DNA of 64,000 nucleotides from a virus (taxonomy: Duplodnaviria > Caudoviricetes), in IMG/VR virus record IMGVR_UViG_3300033463_000041, positions 1 through 64,000 of that record; one strand, given 5' to 3'. The translations under genes and the position numbers were made by a program. The notes below the pieces were generated by a model. That model saw nothing but the letters and a program-made list of their open reading frames with translations. It did not search any database and was not told the origin of the DNA. Shown here piece after piece: positions 9,598 through 20,127 of the stretch; within the stretch, counting starts at the first letter, position 1; the number at the start of each line of letters is the position of its first letter.

Positions 9598-10224
9598 ATG
9601 ATTACACTAAATTTAGACTGGCGCGAGGTGCTGTGGTGGCTGCAGGGCGGTATGGCTGGGAGCCATCTCAGATGGAGCGTGTATGAAGATATGGTGAACA
9701 AGGTGTGGTCGCAATGCTCGGAGCAGGAGCGTAGAAACCTGTGGCTGATTATGCGGCGAGACCTGGGCTCGTATTGGCGACCGGACGGGTGGAGTGGTTA
9801 CGGAGAGGCGCACGGCGAAGGTGAGTGGAAGCCTGCTGCTGCCGTTCTGACCTATAGCGACGACCCAAGGTATGACCCGGCCAAGTGCATCACCGACATG
9901 GCACCGTGGAACTATTTCCGTCAGGTGCTCGCCCGCTTTGACCCAGAGAATCAGTATGCCGTGACGCTGCGGGTACACAACCAAAAGGAACTCGACGATA
10001 TTCTGAGAGACCGCCACATGGGACACCTGATTGACTGGCCGAAGCTGTCACATGTGAGAGGCGTATATTGGGAGAGCGACACCACCACCGTCACCGTCCG
10101 AACCTACAAGTGGCACGACCTTAATGGGCACGATGCCTACTTCATCGACTGGCGACGCCGCTGCGACCCCGACAAGATAACCAAGATAGAGAGAATAGAC
10201 ATTCCAGATGACGGAACGATGTAA
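9598..10224 (+). CDS. Hypothetical protein
   Basis: 208-aa Trp-rich ORF in array. Confidence 0.75.
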   Translation: MITLNLDWREVLWWLQGGMAGSHLRWSVYEDMVNKVWSQCSEQERRNLWLIMRRDLGSYWRPDGWSGYGEAHGEGEWKPAAAVLTYSDDPRYDPAKCITDMAPWNYFRQVLARFDPENQYAVTLRVHNQKELDDILRDRHMGHLIDWPKLSHVRGVYWESDTTTVTVRTYKWHDLNGHDAYFIDWRRRCDPDKITKIERIDIPDDGTM

Positions 10225-10235
10225 ACGAAACAGCA

Positions 10236-10727
10236 ATGGATGAACGACAGCAAAAGAATTCTGTAGTATCGAGTGATAACTGGTACACCCCAAAATGGAT
10301 CATCGACGAGTTGGGTCCGTTTGACTGCGACCCATGCGCTGCACCTGCAGACGTTAGACCGTTCCAGATTGCACCTACGCAGTGGACGGAGGAAGATGAC
10401 GGCTTGGTTCAGACGTGGAATGGCGTGGTATTCATGAATCCACCGTATAGTCGTGTGCTGTTGCGTAAGTTCTGTGAGAAGATGGCCGAACATGGCAATG
10501 GCATTGCCTTGCTCATCAATCGTCAGGACAACCTACTTTGGCAGGAGGTAATCTTTCCAACGGCAGTGTCAATGATATTCATGCGCAACCGTGTGAAGTT
10601 CATTCGTCCTAACGGCTCTACAGGGCAGCCTTTCTTCGGCTCTTGTCTCGTGGCGTGGGGCGACAAGTGCGACCGCCGATTGCGTGAGAGTAAGATAGAA
10701 GGAAAGTATGTTGTACTGAATGTGTGA
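10236..10727 (+). CDS. Phage DNA N6-adenine methyltransferase (Dam-like)
   Basis: WYTPKWI, FDCDPCA and VFMNPPYS motifs. Confidence 0.88.
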   Translation: MDERQQKNSVVSSDNWYTPKWIIDELGPFDCDPCAAPADVRPFQIAPTQWTEEDDGLVQTWNGVVFMNPPYSRVLLRKFCEKMAEHGNGIALLINRQDNLLWQEVIFPTAVSMIFMRNRVKFIRPNGSTGQPFFGSCLVAWGDKCDRRLRESKIEGKYVVLNV

Positions 10728-12354
10728 ACAAACGATGAAACTTATGGAAGAAATAACCCTCTTATACATTGACCTCTTCTGTGGTGCTGGCGGTACATCA
10801 AGTGGTGTAGAGAATGCCCGCGTAGATGGCAAAAAGTGCGCAGAGGTGATAGCGTGCGTCAACCACGACGCGAACGCTATCAAGAGCCATGCGGCGAACC
10901 ATCCGAAGACGATGCACTTCACAGAGGACATCCGCACGCTGGACCTGGCACCTCTTGTAAAGCATCTGCAGAAGATGAAGAAGAAGCACCCCAAGGCAAA
11001 GACGGTATTATGGGCCTCGCTGGAATGCACGAACTTCTCAAAGGCAAAGGGCGGTCAGCCACGAGATGCCGACAGCCGCACGCTTGCAGAGCATCTGTTT
11101 CGCTACATCGAGGCCATTGATCCAGACTATATCCAGATTGAGAACGTGGAAGAGTTCATGTGCTGGGGAGCTTTGGACGAAAACGGCAAGCCTGTAAGCA
11201 AGGACCAAGGCAGCGACTATATGCGATGGGTGAAGAATGTTTGCAACTATGGTTACGATTTTGATTGGCGCATCCTGAATGCAGCAGACTTCGGAGCTTA
11301 CACAAGCCGCAAGCGTTTCTTTGGGCAGTTTGCCCGTAAGGGCCTTCCTATTGCCTTCCCCGTTCAGACGTTTGCAAAGAATGGCGATGACGGTGGTATG
11401 TTCAAGATGTATAGCAAGTGGCGTGCTGTTCGTGACGTGCTTGACCTTGATGATGATGGCACAAGCATCTTTACTAAAAAGAAACCGCTTTGTGAGAAGA
11501 CACTGGAGCGCATCTATGCCGGGCTTGTAAAGTTTGTGGCTGGTGGTAAGAAGCAGCATGAAGCGTGGATCCTGAAATACAACTCCATGAATAAGGACAA
11601 TCATCACAATGCCCCATCGCTTGACGAGCCGTGTCCTACGGTGGCCTGTCAGAATCGCCTTGGACTTGTAAAGTGTCAGTTCCTCTCAAAGCAATTCAGT
11701 GGTGACCCGTCCGGCAAGAACATCGACATTGAACAGCCGGCAGGCACCGTCACCTGCAAGGACCATCATGCTTTTGTCACTGCATATTACGGCAACGGAT
11801 TTAACAGTAGCATCGACGAGCCGTCGCCAACAATCACCACTAAGGACAGAATTTCTCTGGTTTCGACAAAGTTTGTGGCTAACGAGTACAGTGGTGGCGG
11901 TCAGATATCTGACATCAACAACCCTTGCCCTGCTGTGCTGACCACACCAAAGCAGAAGATAGTATCGGCGCAGTATCTGATGAATCCCTATTCGTTCAAG
12001 AGCGACGGCGGCAGCATCGACAAGCCGTGCTTTACACTCATTGCCCGCATGGACAAGATGCCGCCATATCTGATTACCACCAAGGAAGGAGTTGTTGGTA
12101 TTGCCATCTATGAGACAGATAGTCCTTGGACTCGCAAGGTGAAAGAGTTTATGGCCATGTACGGTATTGTGGATATCTGCATGCGTATGCTGAAAATTGA
12201 CGAACTGAAACGCATCATGGGATTTCCGTCAGATTATGTGCTTGTCGGTACCCAGGCTGAGCAGAAGAAATATATAGGTAATGCTGTCGAGGTAAACATG
12301 AGTCGCGTACTCTGCGAGGCACTGGCAAGGAAAATCACTATAAAGGATAAATAA
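10720..12354 (+). CDS. DNA cytosine-C5 methyltransferase
   Basis: DLFCGAGG (motif I), SLECTNFS (IV), IENVEEF (VI), RKRFF (VIII), ELKRIMGFP and IGNAV (IX/X). Confidence 0.92.
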   Translation: MCEQTMKLMEEITLLYIDLFCGAGGTSSGVENARVDGKKCAEVIACVNHDANAIKSHAANHPKTMHFTEDIRTLDLAPLVKHLQKMKKKHPKAKTVLWASLECTNFSKAKGGQPRDADSRTLAEHLFRYIEAIDPDYIQIENVEEFMCWGALDENGKPVSKDQGSDYMRWVKNVCNYGYDFDWRILNAADFGAYTSRKRFFGQFARKGLPIAFPVQTFAKNGDDGGMFKMYSKWRAVRDVLDLDDDGTSIFTKKKPLCEKTLERIYAGLVKFVAGGKKQHEAWILKYNSMNKDNHHNAPSLDEPCPTVACQNRLGLVKCQFLSKQFSGDPSGKNIDIEQPAGTVTCKDHHAFVTAYYGNGFNSSIDEPSPTITTKDRISLVSTKFVANEYSGGGQISDINNPCPAVLTTPKQKIVSAQYLMNPYSFKSDGGSIDKPCFTLIARMDKMPPYLITTKEGVVGIAIYETDSPWTRKVKEFMAMYGIVDICMRMLKIDELKRIMGFPSDYVLVGTQAEQKKYIGNAVEVNMSRVLCEALARKITIKDK

Positions 12355-12358
12355 AGCT

Positions 12359-12481
12359 ATGGATAAAGAAAAAAGAAGATGTCCTAAATGTGGACAATAT
12401 ATAACTCCGAATAGTGCATATTGCGATTGGTGTGGATGGATAGGAGTTGGGATTGGTACAAATAGTGTGAATATAAAGTAA
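12359..12481 (+). CDS. Small zinc-ribbon protein (40 aa, not in ORF track)
   Basis: CPKCG...CDWCG. Confidence 0.55.
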   Translation: MDKEKRRCPKCGQYITPNSAYCDWCGWIGVGIGTNSVNIK

Positions 12482-12488
12482 TATAGTT

Positions 12489-12683
12489 ATGATTGACATT
12501 CATTTACATTGGGCGTGGCTTTTGATAGCCGCAGTTGTGATAATCGGGATATGTGTGGCATATCCCTATCTAAGAGATAGAAATGAAGGTATTGGCGGTG
12601 CTGTCGGTGGTGTCATTGGCTGTGCAATACTTGTAATGGCCATCCTTATAGGGCTTGTTTTAGGTGGGATATTCATTTGGTAA
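12489..12683 (+). CDS. Small two-TM membrane protein
   Basis: Two hydrophobic segments. Confidence 0.65.
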   Translation: MIDIHLHWAWLLIAAVVIIGICVAYPYLRDRNEGIGGAVGGVIGCAILVMAILIGLVLGGIFIW

Positions 12684-12697
12684 TGGAGGACTGAACT

Positions 12698-12952
12698 ATG
12701 ATAGAAGTAACAAGGAAAGACGGAACAAAGAGGATGTTGGAAATCATGCTTGACCGTAACACAGGAAAGTACTGTTTTGTGAACCTCACATCGAACCACG
12801 TATGCAAGTCGCGGTTTGACACAAAAAACGAGGCGTTGCAGGATCTCTACAATGATTCTTTCTTCGTGTCATGGAGAGAAGTGAAACAAAAGAAGCAGTT
12901 CCATATCTCATGGAAAGCAATATGGCAGGTGCTTGGGATAATAAGACCGTAA
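12698..12952 (+). CDS. Hypothetical protein
   Basis: ORF in array. Confidence 0.65.
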   Translation: MIEVTRKDGTKRMLEIMLDRNTGKYCFVNLTSNHVCKSRFDTKNEALQDLYNDSFFVSWREVKQKKQFHISWKAIWQVLGIIRP

Positions 12953-12956
12953 TAAG

Positions 12957-13607
12957 ATGAAAGCAATGATACGATTATTTAAACGACTATTGAACTTCTT
13001 CAACATCCATCCTGATAAGAACCAGCGATGGACGCTATCAACAGTATTTGTCGTCGGTTTGCTCTATACATACGTGCAGCCGGCCATCACTAAGGCGTGG
13101 GTGTCAGAGCTTCCTGCAGAGTGGATAGCCTTTCAGTCGCTGGCCTATTCCATTTGCGGTTTGCTCATCGGCATGATCTGGAAAGGATGGGTTCGCCGCA
13201 AGGCTATTCAGTGGTTTACCATCCTCTGCATCATTGAGTCGGCGGCAGGCTTCTTTGTAGGTATGTGGCTCAGCTTTGTGGAGTACAATGTGTGGGTGTT
13301 GGCTATCGCCTGCCTGTTGTACGGTACGCTTATTTCGGAGTTTGTCGGCAAATGTCTGATGACATTCCGTCCGAAGTTGTGGAACGAGCATGAGCGCGAG
13401 GTGTACGACAATAACAACGACGTGGTGTGTGGCATCTACTGTATTGTTGGCTATGCCTGTTCGTTGCTGTTCATGCCGTCGCTTCAGGTCGCCATGTTCG
13501 TATGGGGTCTTACGTGTGCTCTTGATAATATCGGATGGCTTGTGGTGTACCATAAGAACCGCGACAAGTTCAGGGAGATAGAGAACGAAACAACCAAAGA
13601 GAAGTGA
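12957..13607 (+). CDS. Polytopic membrane protein (about 6 TM)
   Basis: Six hydrophobic stretches; resembles half an MFS fold. Confidence 0.7.
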   Translation: MKAMIRLFKRLLNFFNIHPDKNQRWTLSTVFVVGLLYTYVQPAITKAWVSELPAEWIAFQSLAYSICGLLIGMIWKGWVRRKAIQWFTILCIIESAAGFFVGMWLSFVEYNVWVLAIACLLYGTLISEFVGKCLMTFRPKLWNEHEREVYDNNNDVVCGIYCIVGYACSLLFMPSLQVAMFVWGLTCALDNIGWLVVYHKNRDKFREIENETTKEK

Positions 13608-13608
13608 T

Positions 13609-13857
13609 ATGGGTCTGAATGAGAAAATGCTGCCTTTAGGCAAGACGAAGCAACACCGTACAGGTGACTGGCTCTACACTATGGAAGTGGTCGGCTGGAA
13701 CGAGAAACTGAAATGCAACGTGTGGGCCGAGAAGTCGAAGAAATATTCTCCTGCTCCTCGTGTTAATACCTACCAGCTCGTTGAAGCCATGAAGGAGTCT
13801 GAAGACTGGGAGCATACAAGAAATATGGCAAAACGTATTCATAACGCAGCGAAGTAA
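13609..13857 (+). CDS. Hypothetical protein
   Basis: ORF in array. Confidence 0.65.
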   Translation: MGLNEKMLPLGKTKQHRTGDWLYTMEVVGWNEKLKCNVWAEKSKKYSPAPRVNTYQLVEAMKESEDWEHTRNMAKRIHNAAK

Positions 13858-13872
13858 TAAAAACAAACGATT

Positions 13873-14415
13873 ATGTTGGTAAAACGAGAATTTCACAATA
13901 TTGAGTGCGACTGTTGCGGACAGTTGCTTGATGAAGAAACGTGGTGGGATGATCAGGACGCGCTCACGACAACTATACTCCCTGAGTGCGGATGGATTGA
14001 GTGTGAGGGTGGTCGCCACTATTGCGACGAGTGCTGGACGCGCGACGATGACGACAACATCGTGACTAAGGACGGACGCAAGTGGGATGATTACGACCAT
14101 AAGGAAATGCTGACAGATGTTCAGCGTTACCGTCTTGACTACTTGAAAGATTTGCTTGACCCGAATCTGACGATTACGCAGATACGTATGGAAATCATCA
14201 AGGCACAACTGCTCTGTCGTTCGATGGTTGGTACGTTATATAAGAACGCCCTGCTCGATGAAATAGAAAGAGCATTTAGCCTGTATTACGACCGACGAGA
14301 AAGTGCATCGGAGAGTGAGAAAGATGCCTACGACACTTTTGCCGAACACAGCATATTCTATCACCTCCTTTATGAGGGATTCCCCAACGATGGAAAAGAC
14401 TTAAACATTTACTAA
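13873..14415 (+). CDS. Zinc-binding hypothetical protein
   Basis: CDCCG...HYCDEC. Confidence 0.7.
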   Translation: MLVKREFHNIECDCCGQLLDEETWWDDQDALTTTILPECGWIECEGGRHYCDECWTRDDDDNIVTKDGRKWDDYDHKEMLTDVQRYRLDYLKDLLDPNLTITQIRMEIIKAQLLCRSMVGTLYKNALLDEIERAFSLYYDRRESASESEKDAYDTFAEHSIFYHLLYEGFPNDGKDLNIY

Positions 14416-14428
14416 AAACGAAACGAAT

Positions 14429-14965
14429 ATGAAAGAACAAAAGACATTGACACTCGCCAACCTGCAACAGTGGGTGGAGGACTGGGTACACAACTGCGAA
14501 CTGAATCACAAAGACCCATCGGAGGTTGAGTTGATCATCAAGGATTCTACGGAGCGTCACGAATACCGTCCGTTCAGCGGTTTCCTCGCATGGGGCAGCG
14601 ACGGCACGACAGTGGGTATCGAGTTCTTCCGCTCCGACATCATTACGTTTGAATCCAAGGACGAACGCCCTGCCGTCGGTGAGTATTGGAAGAGCCGTGG
14701 CGCATCGACGTTCGATGTGTCTGGTTTCATCACATCCAAGGCTGCTGGACTGCGACTGCTTCGAATGGTGCGTTACATCCTCGATACCGACGAGCCGAAG
14801 ACGTGGCTTGACTACCGCGAGTATGAGCCGAACTGGATTCAGTTCAAATTCTCTGCCGAGGAGTTCGACGTGGAGAAACTCGACGAGATGAGCCGTGCCA
14901 ATGGCGGCATCATTACCGAGCAGATACTGCGTGACTGTATTAAGAAAGTTGATAAGGAGGGCTGA
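14429..14965 (+). CDS. Hypothetical protein
   Basis: ORF in array. Confidence 0.75.
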   Translation: MKEQKTLTLANLQQWVEDWVHNCELNHKDPSEVELIIKDSTERHEYRPFSGFLAWGSDGTTVGIEFFRSDIITFESKDERPAVGEYWKSRGASTFDVSGFITSKAAGLRLLRMVRYILDTDEPKTWLDYREYEPNWIQFKFSAEEFDVEKLDEMSRANGGIITEQILRDCIKKVDKEG

Positions 14966-14967
14966 CT

Positions 14968-15180
14968 ATGAAGGACAAAATTATCATCGGCATTATCTTT
15001 ATCATATCATTTGCTATCGGTTCGACGATTGGCAACGTGATAAGTTATTTCATCTGGCCACCAAAACGCCACCTCTGCCAGTGCGAATACTGCAAGACCG
15101 TGCGTCAGCGCGAGGCAGTCGAAGTGATAGATAGCATCATCCACGAACGAATTGTGATTAACGTCAATAAGGAGGATTAA
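14968..15180 (+). CDS. Small membrane-anchored protein
   Basis: N-terminal TM; CQCEYC. Confidence 0.65.
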   Translation: MKDKIIIGIIFIISFAIGSTIGNVISYFIWPPKRHLCQCEYCKTVRQREAVEVIDSIIHERIVINVNKED

Positions 15181-15183
15181 CGT

Positions 15184-15837
15184 ATGGAGAACGAAAGATG
15201 TCTACTGGGTCTGTATGTGCATCCAGAAAGCGAGTACCGCCAGAACATACAGGAGCCGTTCCGTCAGGACGGCAGGATATGCGCCACCGACGGACGTGTA
15301 CTGATACGCATCGCCGAGGGACTGTGCGAAGAGAAATACACCGACATGCCCAACGGACTGAAGCCGGTGAACACCAGCAAAGTCATCCCGCAGAAGAATA
15401 CGTGCGAGACGGTCACGGCTCTGATGCTCAACAAGGCATTGGAGAAAGCTCCCGAAGAGAAGGAACGCAAATGCCCAGAGTGTGGCGGCAGCGGACAGGT
15501 GGAGTACGAATATCGCGACCGCTACTACGACCGTCACACAATAGAGGGCGACTGCCCGGAGTGTGAAGGCACGGGCGAAGTGGGTGACTATACGCCTATC
15601 AAGTACCAGTTCACGATTCACGGCCATGCCCTGAGCTACAACCACCTGAAGACGCTGTTGCGCACGATGGCCTATCTGAATACCGACAGCCTGCGACTGC
15701 GCCACTTTCAGAAAGGCGAAGGTGATTTGCAGGCGTTGCTCTTCGATGTTGAAGGTAAGGATATCGAAATCCTTGCCATGCCCCAGCTGAGAGACGAGAA
15801 TTTGAAAGAGATTAAAATAACCGTTAAGAAGGGCTGA
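15184..15837 (+). CDS. Protein with DnaJ-type CxxCxGxG zinc finger
   Basis: CPECGGSG and CPECEGTG; ATDG motif. Confidence 0.7.
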   Translation: MENERCLLGLYVHPESEYRQNIQEPFRQDGRICATDGRVLIRIAEGLCEEKYTDMPNGLKPVNTSKVIPQKNTCETVTALMLNKALEKAPEEKERKCPECGGSGQVEYEYRDRYYDRHTIEGDCPECEGTGEVGDYTPIKYQFTIHGHALSYNHLKTLLRTMAYLNTDSLRLRHFQKGEGDLQALLFDVEGKDIEILAMPQLRDENLKEIKITVKKG

Positions 15838-15839
15838 CG

Positions 15840-16388
15840 ATGGACGACAATAGTTTTATCGACATCAAAAAGATGCAGGAATGGATCAAACGCATCGACC
15901 GCTACGAGTGGTATAAGTGCGATTTACGCCGAAAGCGTCTAAATCGTAAGAAAGGGCGTGACCTGTATCACGGCATCTTGGCCTACCGTCGGCGTGTCGG
16001 TCAGCATGAGGACAGACTGAGTTTCCGTGGCGTGGCTGAGATGTACGACAAGCTACGCATAAAGGTCATCCGCCAGCATCCCGAACTGGCCGAGAAGATT
16101 CCAGACCTCTATATACGATTCCTCAGTCTGCGCTTCCCGCCTCACGAGTTCGAGGCACAACTCTACGCTAAGCCGAAACCGCTAACCGAGTCGATAATGG
16201 ACAGGTTCTACCACGACCTCAAAGACATGCGGATAAAGGTGTCGCCAATAATGGCCGGGGAGTTAGCCAGAACGTTCGACGGCAAGGACGCGGTATTGGC
16301 TCGGGTGAAAGAAGTAGAGCCGACGGATGCAGTAGTATCGTTTGCGTTGGCGATGTTAAGAGACGAAAAAAAGAGTAATAACAAATAA
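15840..16388 (+). CDS. Hypothetical protein
   Basis: ORF in array. Confidence 0.7.
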   Translation: MDDNSFIDIKKMQEWIKRIDRYEWYKCDLRRKRLNRKKGRDLYHGILAYRRRVGQHEDRLSFRGVAEMYDKLRIKVIRQHPELAEKIPDLYIRFLSLRFPPHEFEAQLYAKPKPLTESIMDRFYHDLKDMRIKVSPIMAGELARTFDGKDAVLARVKEVEPTDAVVSFALAMLRDEKKSNNK

Positions 16389-16400
16389 TGTTTTAGCGAT

Positions 16401-16820
16401 ATGAAAGAACAGAAAGTAACAATCAACTTGCTCAGCAGCCATCAGTTGCAGGAGCAGATGAAGCCCGAGGAGATAGAGACCATCTACCACGGCAAACCGA
16501 CGGATGCAGATATCCTGACCGTCGTGACAACGAAAGGTATTAAGCACTTCTGTGACGAAGTGGAGTTTGTAACCGACGGCGAAGAGACAATGCAGGACGG
16601 TACAGAACCGTTCAATGTCGAGGGGCTGCGCTGGCACCCGATGAGCGATCCGATGCTGCCTTGGCATACTTGCCTGCTGGTGCATGAAAAGTCATATTGC
16701 ATCGTTCGCCGCCACGACGACGGGCGAATGTTTGAGATTACCAACAACATTGAGATCAAGGAGGGCGACCCGTTTCACCTGATTAAGTGGATTGACCTCG
16801 GCGACATCGCAAAACGATAG
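16401..16820 (+). CDS. Hypothetical protein
   Basis: ORF in array. Confidence 0.7.
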   Translation: MKEQKVTINLLSSHQLQEQMKPEEIETIYHGKPTDADILTVVTTKGIKHFCDEVEFVTDGEETMQDGTEPFNVEGLRWHPMSDPMLPWHTCLLVHEKSYCIVRRHDDGRMFEITNNIEIKEGDPFHLIKWIDLGDIAKR

Positions 16821-16829
16821 AGGCTAAAT

Positions 16830-17576
16830 ATGAGAACAATACAGATTTCAGAAGAGGACTACGAGTTCTTGAAGGACTTGCAGCATGAGTTGAATACCCA
16901 GGAGAACGACGGGCAGGCCGACCCAATCTACTGGAGCGTGATGGATTACATAACAGAGGGCGTGCCAGACGGCTGTGGCGATGCCTACGTTTACATGGGC
17001 GATGGCTGTACGATGTCGTTGGAGGAAGCCGTGCAGTACGTCGATGAAAACCTGAGCTACTACCGCGAAGAGCTGCGAGAGAAGTGGGAAGACGTGGACA
17101 AGAACTGTATGAACAGCGTCGTCGATTTCATCCACGAGGACATGGAAATCCGCGAGTGTCGCGTGGTGTGGATGCAGGAGAAGGAATTTATCTCGCATGA
17201 GACGGGCGCTTTCCTCACTAAGCGTGCCTGCAAGGAGTATATCAAGTTGTTCCACTACAACCACTCGAAGCCGCACACCTACGCTATGACGGCCTACCGC
17301 AACTTCGAGTTAGAGCGCCTGCTGAAGATACTGCGCAATGGGTTGGACTTTACACCAGCCACGGATAGCATCTGGCACTCTATCGACGAGAAGGCCGACA
17401 GCAGCAAGTTCGTGGTGCTCTACGATGTGGAAGGCGACTACATGAGTCCCGCAAGCAGATGTATTTTCGGTTTCGATTCAATGTTCATCAATGCAATGAA
17501 CAAGAAATACGGGGCCAATTACACGATGTGGGCTTACAAGGACGACTTGGCACCAAAGAAGGAGGCAGATGTATGA
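16830..17576 (+). CDS. Conserved phage hypothetical protein
   Basis: TQENDGQADPIYW and FLTKRAC...HYN motifs recall a common phage family. Confidence 0.7.
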   Translation: MRTIQISEEDYEFLKDLQHELNTQENDGQADPIYWSVMDYITEGVPDGCGDAYVYMGDGCTMSLEEAVQYVDENLSYYREELREKWEDVDKNCMNSVVDFIHEDMEIRECRVVWMQEKEFISHETGAFLTKRACKEYIKLFHYNHSKPHTYAMTAYRNFELERLLKILRNGLDFTPATDSIWHSIDEKADSSKFVVLYDVEGDYMSPASRCIFGFDSMFINAMNKKYGANYTMWAYKDDLAPKKEADV

Positions 17577-17821
17577 AAACGGAACTGACTTGTGAGATAC
17601 TGGAGCGTAACGGTTTTGTGCATAGCCAGGAGACGGAATCGCTGACGATTACGCATAAGCTGCACTATCAGCAAGAGTCGGTACGCATCCGTGCCTGCTT
17701 CGACTACTTCAAGGACAAGTGGATGATATACGCACTGTCATTCTTGGGTTATGCTCGCACGGTGCAAGACATGAACAAGTTGTTGAAACGAAATAATATT
17801 GATAAGGAGATAAAGGCATGA
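17573..17821 (+). CDS. Hypothetical protein
   Basis: ATG at 17573 overlaps the upstream stop (ATGA). Confidence 0.65.
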   Translation: MKTELTCEILERNGFVHSQETESLTITHKLHYQQESVRIRACFDYFKDKWMIYALSFLGYARTVQDMNKLLKRNNIDKEIKA

Positions 17822-18036
17822 CGAGATACACAGTTTTTCTACTACAGCAGGCATATCCCGACAAAATCAAGATATTGAAACATAAGCAAGATGACGGCAT
17901 TTATATCGAGTGCTGGCTGCTCAACGAGGACAAGACTCCGCACATGATGTTGTTTGATGGCGGTCCGTTCCAGAATGAACTTGCGATAGATAATACTATT
18001 GACAAACTATTGAAGATTAAACTTGAAGAGAACTGA
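17818..18036 (+). CDS. Hypothetical protein
   Basis: ATGA-coupled ORF. Confidence 0.65.
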   Translation: MTRYTVFLLQQAYPDKIKILKHKQDDGIYIECWLLNEDKTPHMMLFDGGPFQNELAIDNTIDKLLKIKLEEN

Positions 18037-18038
18037 TT

Positions 18039-18455
18039 ATGACAAAGGAAGAATTAGAGAAGATTGAGACCTCGATGACGAAGGAGCAAATCATTGAGAG
18101 TGCGAAGACGCTGCGACCAGTGGCTGAGTTTAGGAGAGTTGGCGGCATGATGTTCTGAGTGGATGGTGGCAGGATTCATACGTGGTCCTATACATGGGAT
18201 TTGAAACGCCTGAAGCCGACGGGATTTCTGCGAGAGTTGGGACGCATCAAGACGTACCATAACGGCACCCGCTTTTTCTTCAAACCGTCGGTTGATGAAT
18301 GTGTCTGTCAGTGTCCTTACCCAGATGCCACGGCCTTTATGATAGCGCCATGCAGCGCATCCTACGACTATGAACTTGACTACTGGGAGGCTGAGACTAT
18401 TTACTATGCTGGCACCATGCCAGACGATATCAAGAACAGAGAAATTGAATGGTGA
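18039..18455 (+). pseudogene. Hypothetical gene interrupted by an in-frame TGA at 18156-18158
   Basis: ATG 18039 reads 39 codons to TGA and continues in the same frame into 18159..18455. Confidence 0.6.
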
Positions 18456-18457
18456 AT

Positions 18458-18835
18458 ATGGCAAAATTTGTATATTGCAACTTCAACCCCAAACAGCTAC
18501 ACACCAACGACTGCCTGGTAAGAGCACTGGCTTATTTCTTTGGCGTGTCATGGCGCAAGGCTTTCCTTGATATCATCGAGTGGTGCGCAGACCGTTGCTG
18601 GGTCGATTGGAACTACCGTAGCAAGTATAACGTTTATCTCGCTGAGCGTGGCTTTGAGCGCCATAAGACTCCAAAACGTGGTATGACAGTCGGCAGGTTC
18701 TGCGACGAGTTTTCTGAAGAAGGGAAGGTTTATATGGTGCAGGTCAAGCGACACATGACCATTGTTCACAACAAGGAAATCAACGATACATGGGACTGCT
18801 CCAATAGAATAGTGGAATATTACTGGGTTAGATAA
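18458..18835 (+). CDS. Conserved phage protein, possible papain-like fold
   Basis: NDCLVRAL ... HMTIV ... DTWDCS motifs. Confidence 0.6.
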   Translation: MAKFVYCNFNPKQLHTNDCLVRALAYFFGVSWRKAFLDIIEWCADRCWVDWNYRSKYNVYLAERGFERHKTPKRGMTVGRFCDEFSEEGKVYMVQVKRHMTIVHNKEINDTWDCSNRIVEYYWVR

Positions 18836-18853
18836 TTGAGAGGAGGACTGAGT

Positions 18854-19381
18854 ATGGATATCCAGGAAGGCAAGACGTATTACTTTTACGATGACAGAGC
18901 GACGGATGATGTCTGCAAGGCTCATGTGTTGAAGATGCTGCCGCATCCCGAGCGAAAGGACGACAGGCTTGTGGTCTATCGGTGGTACGGCAAGCATAAG
19001 CAGCGTTGGTGGTACGGTGTGACGAGTATCAGCCAGCAAGACATGTGGGCTGGATACTGCGAAAAGGTCGTAGCCCACAGAAAGGAGCGTCTTAAGGAGT
19101 GCAAGCGGTGCGGCCAGTGCGGCTACTTCATGCGCTATGTCACCACGGGCGGAGAGCCCGACCACGACGGCGACTGTGGCAGTATCGAAATGAACAAGGA
19201 GTGCAACGACGGCGTGAACCCGTTCAACCAAGACGATATGTATCTCCTGCAGGTGGACGAGAACGAGGAAGCCTGCGGTCTCTTCAAGAAGAACCGCACA
19301 CGGCGCGTCAAGGAGTATATCAAGAAACATCCTGAGTTCTATGTGCAATCGTCATGCTTCAAACCAAAACCAGTAAGATAA
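18854..19381 (+). CDS. Cys-containing hypothetical protein
   Basis: CKRCGQCGYF; ATG at 18854. Confidence 0.7.
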   Translation: MDIQEGKTYYFYDDRATDDVCKAHVLKMLPHPERKDDRLVVYRWYGKHKQRWWYGVTSISQQDMWAGYCEKVVAHRKERLKECKRCGQCGYFMRYVTTGGEPDHDGDCGSIEMNKECNDGVNPFNQDDMYLLQVDENEEACGLFKKNRTRRVKEYIKKHPEFYVQSSCFKPKPVR

Positions 19382-19400
19382 TTATACAAAGAATAAGACT

Positions 19401-19682
19401 ATGGCAAAATCAGAAGATGAAAGACTGTGGGGAGTGACGCTGTCGATGGCAGCGAGAGAACTCCCGATGACGCTGAGTGTAGTCAATCAGGTGTGTCAGC
19501 AGATCAACCTGCGTTGCAACGAGCTCGGCACAGAGAAATTGAAGACCACTCCAGAGGGCTTGCGACTGACGCACCTGCTGACGATGGTCGGTGGACTGAA
19601 GTACATGATGGAAGGCGTTGACGGCGTTCTGAACGCGCTATTGATTGACCTGCTGAAAGATTTTAAGGAGGACTACGGATGA
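19401..19682 (+). CDS. Hypothetical protein
   Basis: ORF in array. Confidence 0.7.
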   Translation: MAKSEDERLWGVTLSMAARELPMTLSVVNQVCQQINLRCNELGTEKLKTTPEGLRLTHLLTMVGGLKYMMEGVDGVLNALLIDLLKDFKEDYG

Positions 19683-20125
19683 CAGAACAAGAAATCAAAC
19701 AGTACCTGGAGCAGCAGCAAGAGGAGACGAAGGCCACCCTTTGGGGAAGCACCGTGAAGTTCAAGCCGTACTTACTGGAGAAAATCTTCGGAGACGGCAT
19801 GAAGCTGATATATTTCGGCACGCTTGACGACCGTCCTTATTGGTGGCTCGTCCGTGTGGACTCTCACGCTGATGACGACGGCTGGGAAAACTTCAACTCA
19901 GAAGAAATCTATCAGGCCATTGAGGAAGAGTGCGGCTGTCACGAATATGACGAAGAGGCAGATGTGGATGAAGACGGCTACGACAAATACGGGATCAAAC
20001 GCACACAAGGCGATTATCCCGAAATAGAATCAGATTCAAGTCCGCATTGGGGAATTATTGCCGATCTCGCAAAAGGTGTTGATAAGTACGGTTGTCCATT
20101 GAAATTAGAAACCAAGGAGGACTGA
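19679..20125 (+). CDS. Acidic hypothetical protein
   Basis: ATGA-coupled ORF. Confidence 0.7.
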   Translation: MTEQEIKQYLEQQQEETKATLWGSTVKFKPYLLEKIFGDGMKLIYFGTLDDRPYWWLVRVDSHADDDGWENFNSEEIYQAIEEECGCHEYDEEADVDEDGYDKYGIKRTQGDYPEIESDSSPHWGIIADLAKGVDKYGCPLKLETKED

Positions 20126-20127
20126 CT

